From the NCBI GenBank assembly GCA_044507735.1, contig JBIQJB010000030.1, positions 9,594 through 23,234 on the forward strand: a stretch of 13,641 nucleotides of DNA. Reading direction: 5' to 3'. The notes beneath the pieces are model-generated. The model worked only from the letters and a program-made list of their open reading frames with translations. It had not been told where the DNA came from and did not search any database. The DNA is from Nitrosopumilales archaeon (GTDB taxonomy: Archaea > Thermoproteota > Nitrososphaeria > Nitrososphaerales > Nitrososphaeraceae). A program made the position numbers and the translations under genes. Each line of letters starts with the position of its first letter. Positions within the stretch are counted from its first letter, which is position 1. Shown here piece by piece: positions 6,563 to 13,641 of this stretch.

Positions 6563-6864
6563 ATCTCCCTAAGATTGCTAATGGTGGTATCCTGCAAGAA
6601 ATGGGGCGCCCCTGTTCGGCAAAGAGCCATTGCAATAGGTGCTTCATGGCTCGAGTGCGCTGGAATGTTGAAAAAACAACAACAAGAAGGCTGTTCGTAA
6701 ACCCGTGAAAACCAGTTGCGTCAGGTGTCGATAAAAAATCATATGTATGGAATCTAGAAAATACATGAAAGCATCATAGACAATTAGAGAATTGATGATA
6801 GTATCGTAGATAATGGAAATTATTATTCAAACAAAATGTTTTTATGCAATTCCTGCCAATATAT

Positions 6865-7004
6865 GGTGATGACGTCAAAAGCCATGGCTTGACCGTGGCG
6901 CTTGGCGGACAAAACTGCATCGGGCAAAAAACGCGACTTTAACGGCATGGGCTGTAACAAGGTCGTTGATGCAGGATCGCCAAGCGCCTTTCTCCTCTCT
7001 TTCC
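6865..7004 (+). ncRNA. Candidate small structured RNA (~125-140 nt), family unrecognised
   Basis: Perfect 11-bp stem 6897-6907/6978-6988 encloses three further nested stems. TTTTTATG lies upstream (6840-6847 region) and a pyrimidine tract (6989-7004) downstream. Confidence 0.55.
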
Positions 7005-7069
7005 TATGAAAGTTCTTTACTGTAGATCCAATCCAACCGATTAAGAATTATGCGCGTATCTTGCTGGCG

Positions 7070-7711
7070 ATGTATTCCAAAGTAGTTGTAGCCTCTGTAG
7101 TCGCTCTTGCCGCCATCATCGCTGGAATTTCAGGTACTGCACTGGCTCAAAACCAAACGTCACCATCGTCATCAACAACGGCAACAACAGCCGCGACAAA
7201 CAATATCACCGCTGCATCAAATATGACCCTTGACGAGGCAAAGAACCAATATCTTTCAGTGTGGAATCGGACCGCGTTTAATGTCACTTTCAACACGTAT
7301 GTCCAGCCTTTTAGTGCCGCAGGGTATGGCGTCTATGAGGAGCACGGAACCACCTTTGAACCCGGAGAACCAATGGTGCTTTACGTCGAGCTTGTGGGCT
7401 ATGGCCACCAGCGGGTTCTGGACGACAAAGGCAATCCTCTGTACCTGATGAACATGACTGCCGACTATATCATCGCGGATGCAAACGGGACTGCGCTTCA
7501 GTCTATCGAAGACGTGCCGGCAGGAAGCATAGTATCACACAAGCCCAACACAGAGCTTTTCCTCGAGCTGTCCCTGACGCAGGAGTCGCCGTTTCCAGAA
7601 GGTGATTACCTGATCAAATATATCATCACCGACGAAGTGTCAGGCGAGAGCTCTGCAATCGAAAAGCAAATCACTGTCGCCAGGCAAACAACGGCGCCAG
7701 GCACGGTCTGA
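7070..7711 (+). CDS. Exported protein with Ser/Thr/Asn-rich linker and beta-sandwich-like domain (~213 aa)
   Basis: Signal peptide MYSKVVVASVVALAAIIAGISGTALA, low-complexity S/T/A/N linker with N-x-T sequons, and FEPGEP / PEGDY..KYIITDEVSG patterns typical of Ig-like folds. Confidence 0.85.
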   Translation: MYSKVVVASVVALAAIIAGISGTALAQNQTSPSSSTTATTAATNNITAASNMTLDEAKNQYLSVWNRTAFNVTFNTYVQPFSAAGYGVYEEHGTTFEPGEPMVLYVELVGYGHQRVLDDKGNPLYLMNMTADYIIADANGTALQSIEDVPAGSIVSHKPNTELFLELSLTQESPFPEGDYLIKYIITDEVSGESSAIEKQITVARQTTAPGTV

Positions 7712-8353
7712 TCAGGGGGCATAATCCACTAGGTATCTGGTCCCTCCAAGCGAGGGGTCGACCCTAGCCAGCACCTCTACCCAGTAACTGAACTGCGAAG
7801 GGCTGCCGATGTACAGGTCTTCTACTGGGAACTCTACCTTGTTCCCCTGCATGTCCTCTATCTTGACGGGCCGGAGAATGAATGTGTTGACGGTAGCGTC
7901 ATAGACTGCAAAATACCAGCCATCTGTTGAGGAGTCGCCGGTCGCAAAATGCGGGAACATGATTGTGTACTGCTGCATCCTGTTGGTCACAGGGCTTGTG
8001 GTGATGATCTGCCAGCGGTAGATCGTTTCGTATTCCTGACTGTTGTTTGGGTTGCCCGCAAGGTTGATCGTGAAAAAGAATGCGTCGCCCCGCTTCACCA
8101 CGCTGGCCCCTAGGATGTCGTGGTAGTCCCTCCTGATCTCACCGCCGCCATCCTCTGCCTGCACAGACTCTGCATCATCTGCTGCATCAAAGATCCTGCT
8201 TTCGGCGGCGCCGTCGTAGACACCCAGGGGCGGACCATCATTGCTGTCGGCTTGCGGAGCATAAGGGCTCAAGGCTATTGAGACTGGGACCAATGCCGCG
8301 ATTGCCACGGCAACTGCAAGCACGTATGCCCCCTTTGCCACATGCAGGATCAC
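7712..8353 (-). CDS. Membrane-anchored or exported hypothetical protein (213 aa)
   Basis: N-terminal hydrophobic helix (AYVLAVAVAIAALVPVSIAL) and an acidic beta-rich domain. Its stop abuts the convergent gene's stop (TGATCA, 7709-7714). GTG start uncertain. Confidence 0.8.
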   Translation of the reverse strand: MILHVAKGAYVLAVAVAIAALVPVSIALSPYAPQADSNDGPPLGVYDGAAESRIFDAADDAESVQAEDGGGEIRRDYHDILGASVVKRGDAFFFTINLAGNPNNSQEYETIYRWQIITTSPVTNRMQQYTIMFPHFATGDSSTDGWYFAVYDATVNTFILRPVKIEDMQGNKVEFPVEDLYIGSPSQFSYWVEVLARVDPSLGGTRYLVDYAP

Positions 8354-8552
8354 ACACAGGTGGTATTTTCACATTTTGTTGATATGGAGTTATGTGTGGA
8401 ATCTGTGAAATCTTGAAGGTGGGGAAATGAGGAGAAGGTCAACTGCTCTTATTAAGAATGATTTCGCCTTCATCATTGAAAGCCCCTGAAAGGATAACTA
8501 AGTCTCGTTTTAAAGTACACGAAGCGCATCGAGGCGCATTTGAGGAGGGGGG

Positions 8553-8888
8553 TTAACAGGGCCATTTCCAAGCATGGCTGGATCTGGATATTATCTTGGA
8601 ACCTTTGGAGGGCGCGCCTTTTGGATTCTTGCTCTCTTGTTCAGAAACAATATCCCATTTCCAGATTGTCCAGCATAAAATATCGAACTGTCTTGTTTTC
8701 GTCAGGGGAAAATCTAGGCCAACTAATTTCTTGTCCAATTCTTCCATAGCAGGAACATTTGTCACAAGGGCCTTTCTTATCTTGTCAATTAGCTCAATAG
8801 CATTCGAAAGTTCTTGCCGCTTTGGCAAGACACTCCAATAGTCATAGATTGATCTATACTTATCAGAACCGTAAGGATGCTTTGTCAT
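8553..8888 (-). CDS. Hypothetical protein or gene fragment in an AT-richer patch (~111 aa)
   Basis: Protein-like segment MTKHPYG...KTRQFDILCW inside a 197-codon open frame whose upstream part overlaps the divergent gene. Possibly a remnant. Confidence 0.4.
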   Translation of the reverse strand: MTKHPYGSDKYRSIYDYWSVLPKRQELSNAIELIDKIRKALVTNVPAMEELDKKLVGLDFPLTKTRQFDILCWTIWKWDIVSEQESKNPKGAPSKGSKIISRSSHAWKWPC

Positions 8889-9073
8889 AAGAAAATGAAC
8901 AAACGTGAAGGCACACGACAACATCAATGGGCGGACAAGAATTAAGTAGCTACTGTTAGCTTGACGGAGGTGCGCAAGATTCCACTGAGGAAATATGTCC
9001 CAACGTCCATAGAAGTTGGCAGAACCTGGCTGGCTAGTCTTGTGCCAAAGAATAATAGGTGACAGGTGTAGCA

Positions 9074-9673
9074 ATGCAACACACCTTGTTAAGGGCAATG
9101 CTTCTGGGCGCCGCAGTTGCCGCTGCGCTGTTGGTGTATTTCTCACTCACACTTTACGTTATTCCAGAGTCGTACCAGATACAGCCGCGCAGGCCTGAAG
9201 CCGCTGTCACAGGCGTGAGCCTTTCAGCGACAGAGATATCACTCGGACAGTCATTTGTCATTTCAGTCGCGGGGACGAACAGTGGCGACGACGCAGACAT
9301 GCAGATCGTCTCCATTGGATTTCCAAACCTTACAAGGACTGACAGCAATGTCAAGATAATCGATCACAATTTCGACCAGACTCCTAACCTGATAAGCGCT
9401 GGTGACGATGTAGGATCGGCGTATGGCGGATCTGCAGTTACGGTAAAGGCACAGTATGCGTCTGTGGAGGCATTCAGCCGTCCCTGGAATGGCGGCAACA
9501 GCTATAGCATCAACCTGCAGGTGGAGCCCGAGAAAGAGGGAAGGTTTTTGATATTTGTCAAGTCAGTCGCCTTTCCCCACAGCTGGGACGGCGCCCACTG
9601 GCCTGCTGAGGGCACGGTTGACTACCAGCAGGAGTTTGTGCGGGTGTACGACGTGCAGGTGACAAAGCCTTAA
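9074..9673 (+). CDS. Membrane-anchored extracytoplasmic Ig-like protein (~199 aa)
   Basis: N-terminal transmembrane helix (AMLLGAAVAAALLVYFSLTLYVI) followed by a beta-rich domain (LGQSFVISVAGTNSG...LQVEPEKEGRF). ATG 9074 preferred. Confidence 0.85.
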   Translation: MQHTLLRAMLLGAAVAAALLVYFSLTLYVIPESYQIQPRRPEAAVTGVSLSATEISLGQSFVISVAGTNSGDDADMQIVSIGFPNLTRTDSNVKIIDHNFDQTPNLISAGDDVGSAYGGSAVTVKAQYASVEAFSRPWNGGNSYSINLQVEPEKEGRFLIFVKSVAFPHSWDGAHWPAEGTVDYQQEFVRVYDVQVTKP

Positions 9674-9698
9674 TTATCGAGTGTGCGAAAATGTGGCA

Positions 9699-10763
9699 AT
9701 GAATTACACCCGGCAGAGTCCTGTCCAGCGCATAATTGGCTCCAGCTCCAAGCTCCTTGTAGGCTATGTGTTGGTAAGCATAGGCGTTTTGCTAGCAGCT
9801 GGAGGCGGAAGCTGGGATATCAATAACCATCTGCTCAACAAGCCTGAAACATTCTTCGCCCCTCCTCATGCTGTGCTCTATACTGGTGTAGGGGGAGTGG
9901 TAGCAGGTGCAGTTACGCTCTATTCTACTTCAAGGAGCGCCGGCTTTGTTTCCCGGCCCATAAAGCTGGTTGTAGCCGGCGTAATTCTGCTGGTCACCGC
10001 AGGTCCTGTAGACTTTGCGTGGCATTCTGCATTTGGCCTTGACGGCCTGCTGAGCCCTCCCCACTTTGTGCTGGTAAGCGGCATGGTGGTGAGCAGCATC
10101 GGTGCCCTGGCGGGCATGGTGCAACACGGCAGCATGGCCTTTCGAGAGTTTCGTCTTGCACGTCCCCTAATCCTGGTCGGTGTTCTGCCGGTGTGGCTGG
10201 CAGTCTCTGGAGTAGTGGACATGTTCTCGTTACCCTTCTCCAAAACGGACTACTTCAACTTCGACCCACACCCGGTGCTCGGGGTGGCAGTCGCAACGCT
10301 TGCATTCCCCGCCATGATGTCTGTCATGGTATTCACCTCTTCTGCGCTCTCCGGCAGGCGCTTTGGCGTGGTGAGTGCAGTCGCAGCCGCATTCATTGTG
10401 ACAGGGATGCTTGCCTCCATCATACCAAATAGTGCCCTTGTCCCGACGATTCCGTTCTATCTTGTCAACATAATACCGTTCGCCGCGGCTGATGCGCTGC
10501 TGTCGTTTTCCAGATCTAAAGTGTCGCTGTATGCCGCCGGTGCCATAGTGGGTATCGCTTTCCTTACGCTTTACTACCCGCTGATAGTATACACCTACGG
10601 AGTAGTCCTCGGCCACGAGCGGATCTGGCCGAGCATGATCGCAAATGCCTATTTTGAAATGCTCGGAACGCTGATGCCCCTTGTCATAACGCCTGCTGCA
10701 GCCATGGGCGTAATCGGTGCGCTGGCAGGGGACAGACTGATCTCCAAGGATCAGGATCTATAA
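9699..10763 (+). CDS. Polytopic membrane protein (~354 aa) with two D-x3-H-x12-H motifs
   Basis: About 10 hydrophobic helices. Motifs WDINNHLLNKPETFFAPPH and VDFAWHSAFGLDGLLSPPH. Starts 25 nt after the upstream stop. Confidence 0.88.
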   Translation: MNYTRQSPVQRIIGSSSKLLVGYVLVSIGVLLAAGGGSWDINNHLLNKPETFFAPPHAVLYTGVGGVVAGAVTLYSTSRSAGFVSRPIKLVVAGVILLVTAGPVDFAWHSAFGLDGLLSPPHFVLVSGMVVSSIGALAGMVQHGSMAFREFRLARPLILVGVLPVWLAVSGVVDMFSLPFSKTDYFNFDPHPVLGVAVATLAFPAMMSVMVFTSSALSGRRFGVVSAVAAAFIVTGMLASIIPNSALVPTIPFYLVNIIPFAAADALLSFSRSKVSLYAAGAIVGIAFLTLYYPLIVYTYGVVLGHERIWPSMIANAYFEMLGTLMPLVITPAAAMGVIGALAGDRLISKDQDL

Positions 10764-10830
10764 CATTGCTATTGGGTCTAGACTTAGTACAACAATGCAT
10801 GCCCTTTTAATATTGAGATGCACGTTGAGG

Positions 10831-11076
10831 ATGGTAGTGGCATCTGTACTAGAGATTCGTGAACCAGATACCTCGCTAAGATTCTCCCGCCAGTTTCTTA
10901 TATGCGATTCTTGCTTTTGGGCCGCCTCTGCAATCAATATCCGGAGGCACGACATTTTCACGTGTCCAGAATGCAAGACAGAAGTTTCCCACATCCCTCT
11001 CACTGACGACGAGATCTTTACCTTCAATTACGACGGCAGGCGTGGAGTGGAACTCGAGTTTGGGTCTGTCCGTTAG
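10831..11076 (+). CDS. Small zinc-ribbon protein (81 aa)
   Basis: FLICDSCFWAAS...CPECK...IPL...YDGRRGVELEF. TTTTAATA at 10805-10812 precedes ATG 10831. Confidence 0.8.
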   Translation: MVVASVLEIREPDTSLRFSRQFLICDSCFWAASAINIRRHDIFTCPECKTEVSHIPLTDDEIFTFNYDGRRGVELEFGSVR

Positions 11077-11663
11077 AGCAGGTCTCGCATAATAATTGGC
11101 GAGGACTTTCTCCAGTTAGCCATGCATTTAACGAATACAATTTCTGTATCAATCTTTGCTAATATAGAATCAAAGATGGCGCGGGTGCTGCGCAGAAAAT
11201 ACTTGCATTGATTTCAGTAGGTCGATAACGGCGGTGAAAAAAGCCGCGCTCTAACATCTTGTATGCGGCTTTTCTGTTCCCTGGCGGCTCTATCCTTGAC
11301 ACCTTCTCTACCGGGTCATGCAAATAACTGCCCATGCGGCGGCGTGCAATTTGGCAAGAGTGTCGCAACCATTTCAGACATTTTATGAGGATAGAATTTT
11401 CAGTTCGTAGCTGGCGATTCTTTAGATGATTGATTGATTGTTGATTGGCGGCGCGACAATATGTGTCGCTTCGCTGAAGAACTCTATTATCGAAGAGGGG
11501 TTGCCGAGATTTTTATTCATTGTGATGATCATCTGTTCCACAGTGAGATGCGTTAACAAGAACGATATCGACGCTGTCGCCATGCGGGCTTTGATTGACA
11601 TTGACACGTCCCAGTCGTCGTCATCATCATACGTTCGCGCAGCCAAGACAATGCTGGCAGAGT

Positions 11664-11669
11664 AGGTGA
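11664..11669 (+). promoter_or_regulatory. Shine-Dalgarno sequence of coxA
   Basis: AGGTGA ends 5 nt before ATG 11675, implying a leadered mRNA and that GTG 11666 is not the start. Confidence 0.7.
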
Positions 11670-11674
11670 TTCTC

Positions 11675-13201
11675 ATGGTGCTGGAAGTCCGTCAGCCGCG
11701 CCCGCTCTGGGAAATCCTCTTCTCGACGCACCACACAGACATCGGTCTCTTGTACATCATCTTTTCCCTCACGCTGTTCTTCATGGGTGGCGCACTGGCA
11801 ATTGCCATACGCAGCGAGCTCTTCCTCCCGGGCGGCGGAGACATAATTCCAGACTCCAACACTTTCCACAGGATATTTACTGTGCATGGAACAACAATGC
11901 TTTTCCTCTGGGTAATCCCGTTTGCTTCCGGCATTGGCAACTACCTGATCCCGATCATGGTCAGGTACAAGGACATGGCCTGGCCTAAGCTGAACGCTGT
12001 TGCATTCTGGATGATTCCTGTGGGAGCTGCTCTGGTGTGGCTTGGATTTGCAGATACTGGGTGGACTGCATACCCTCCATATTCCATTCTGCGAGCACCG
12101 GGTCCGGCAGCGGATATGTGGATTTTTGGCTTAAAGATACTCGGCATTTCGTCGATACTTGGTTCGATCAACTTTATCGTTACAATACTTAAGATGAAGC
12201 ATCCGGATCTGCCGCTTATGAGGACGTCGCTTTTTACCTGGTCAATTCTTTCGACTTCGCTGATAATCCTCGTTTCCATGCCTTCTTTTGCCGCGGCGCT
12301 TATCATGACGTACACCGACAGGCTCGGGATATCCGGATTCTTCAATCCCGCAATGGGCGGAGACCCTCTGGCCTACCAGCACATGTTCTGGTTTACCTTC
12401 CATCCGGAGGTCTATGTCTTTCTGCTGCCTGCAGTCGGTATCATATACGAGGTCATACCGAAATTCTCAAGAAAGCCTGTCTTTAGCTACCAATCAGGGG
12501 TTGTTGCCTTTGTCCTGTTGACGATCGTTTCATTTGCATCATGGGCTCATCACATGTATGCAACAGGAATGAGCTTTACCGAAAAGACTGTCTTTATGGT
12601 AGGTACCCTGGCAGCAGTGCCAGCGTCAGCTATGCACATTTTCAACTGGGTTGCAACCATGTGGGGCGGAAGGATCAGGTTCAGGGCACCCATCACATTT
12701 GCCGTTGGTGGCATTGTCCTGTTCTTCCTGGCAGGAGCAGGTGGTGTTGTCAACAGCGCCATGCCGCTAGACTTCCTCACTCATGACACTTACTGGGTGG
12801 TGGGGCACATGCACCTGTTCCTCATGGGCCTGATAACACACGCATTCGTGGGGTTTGTGTACTATCTATTCCCGCTTATCACCGGGAGAATGTACAACGA
12901 AAGGGCCGCTATGGTGCATTTCTGGCTCATGTTCATTGGAGTGGCGCTGATATTCATCACCCAGCACTTGCTCGGGCTCTATGGCCAGCCAAGGCGTGTC
13001 TTTGACTATGTTCCAGTGCAGCCTCTGATCATAATGAACCAGATATCGACGGTTGGCGCATGGGTAGTCGCAGCGGGCATGATGATCTTCCTTGTAAACC
13101 TCATCAAGAGCACGGTATCGGGCAAGCCCGCCAAGATGGATGACCCATTTGAGATTGGAGAGCAATACTACGACTATAGGCGGCGCGTGCCACACCACTG
13201 A
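11675..13201 (+). CDS. coxA: Heme-copper (cytochrome c-type) oxidase subunit I (508 aa)
   Basis: All six His ligands present: TVHG, WFTFHPEVY (A-type HPEVY), WAHHM, GHMH. Also DMAWPKLN, GWTAYPP, GGDP and PRR. Confidence 0.97.
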   Translation: MVLEVRQPRPLWEILFSTHHTDIGLLYIIFSLTLFFMGGALAIAIRSELFLPGGGDIIPDSNTFHRIFTVHGTTMLFLWVIPFASGIGNYLIPIMVRYKDMAWPKLNAVAFWMIPVGAALVWLGFADTGWTAYPPYSILRAPGPAADMWIFGLKILGISSILGSINFIVTILKMKHPDLPLMRTSLFTWSILSTSLIILVSMPSFAAALIMTYTDRLGISGFFNPAMGGDPLAYQHMFWFTFHPEVYVFLLPAVGIIYEVIPKFSRKPVFSYQSGVVAFVLLTIVSFASWAHHMYATGMSFTEKTVFMVGTLAAVPASAMHIFNWVATMWGGRIRFRAPITFAVGGIVLFFLAGAGGVVNSAMPLDFLTHDTYWVVGHMHLFLMGLITHAFVGFVYYLFPLITGRMYNERAAMVHFWLMFIGVALIFITQHLLGLYGQPRRVFDYVPVQPLIIMNQISTVGAWVVAAGMMIFLVNLIKSTVSGKPAKMDDPFEIGEQYYDYRRRVPHH

Positions 13202-13224
13202 GAAGGAGAGATGATGGTTCTACC

Positions 13225-13641
13225 ATGGCGTTATTGATGTCGGTCAAGCGCGCATTCAGCAGATTGTTCGCAACAAAGCCGCATGGGGACGACGACAAGT
13301 TTCAGATCAAGTACAATGACCACTATCATGCAAATGACAGAAGTGCCGGTCTGCCAAACCTGGAATGGATCAGCATGCTTGACAGGACCGTCTGCCTGAA
13401 GGATGGCTCGGATCTCGGAAAAATCGAAGCGCTGAACGTAGAAAATGTTGTTGTCAAGAATGGGTCAATGAGCCCCACCAGATATTGCTTTGGCCACCCG
13501 ATGCTAAGAAAAGAGCAGCACAGCGGTCACTATATTGTTGACTTGGCTAGCAGCGAATTGTCTCTTTACCAGAGAGACATGGTTCCAAATCCGTCGCATT
13601 ATGTAACACTTGGCGGCTGGTATTTTGGATATATGCCAAAG
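13225..13641 (+). CDS. PRC-barrel-like hypothetical protein, 3'-truncated by the window edge
   Basis: Frame open for 139 codons to the end of the window: MALLMSVKRAF...EWISMLDRTVCLKDGSDLGKIEALNVENVVVKNG...YMPK. V..KDG.DLGKI is PRC-barrel-like. The start may instead be ATG 13237. Confidence 0.7.
   Translation, partial: MALLMSVKRAFSRLFATKPHGDDDKFQIKYNDHYHANDRSAGLPNLEWISMLDRTVCLKDGSDLGKIEALNVENVVVKNGSMSPTRYCFGHPMLRKEQHSGHYIVDLASSELSLYQRDMVPNPSHYVTLGGWYFGYMPK

Larger units (their letters stand above)
5870..6568 (-). mobile_element. IS200/IS605-family element, apparently internally deleted (tnpA intact, tnpB truncated)
   Basis: Y1 transposase, a subterminal imperfect hairpin upstream, and a short overlapping downstream ORF. 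Left boundary inferred near 6568. Right boundary uncertain (about 5860-5900). Confidence 0.7.

Noticed and set aside
9699-10763. Calling this gene amoC
   Set aside because: It is much longer than archaeal AmoC, the motif is duplicated, and there is no recognisable overall similarity. Only the ligand spacing matches.
11427-11448. (GATT)n-like microsatellite
   Set aside because: Short and imperfect, with no evidence of function.
11159-11676. Track ORFs 11159..11368 (-), 11422..11676 (-) and 11438..11665 (+)
   Set aside because: No recognisable motifs or start signals, they overlap each other, and the Ser/Asp runs derive from a TCG/TCA microsatellite. None resembles a CuA-containing subunit II.
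1-13641. CRISPR array, tRNA or rRNA genes
   Set aside because: No regularly spaced repeats, cloverleaf with T-loop consensus, or rRNA signatures were seen on either strand.

Overview
This window looks like an accessory region of an ammonia-oxidising archaeon (Nitrososphaera-like Thaumarchaeota). The assignment is inferred from the CoxA sequence style, AT-rich TATA boxes about 25 nt before start codons, and lineage-typical exported and zinc-ribbon proteins. Recognisable genes are an aldo/keto reductase, a TrmJ-type SPOUT RNA methyltransferase, an IS200/IS605 TnpA with its left-end hairpin and a probable truncated tnpB, and a heme-copper oxidase subunit I with no subunit II beside it. Reading by hand adds three Cys-rich microproteins (39-50 aa) and a 3'-truncated PRC-barrel-like ORF that the ORF track missed. 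Two intergenic regions (about 3494-3898 and 6865-7004) fold into nested stems and look like unannotated + strand ncRNAs. One membrane protein carries two copies of the D-x3-H-x12-H spacing of the PmoC/AmoC metal site. No rRNA, tRNA or CRISPR array was seen. All folds and family assignments were made by eye and need computational confirmation.
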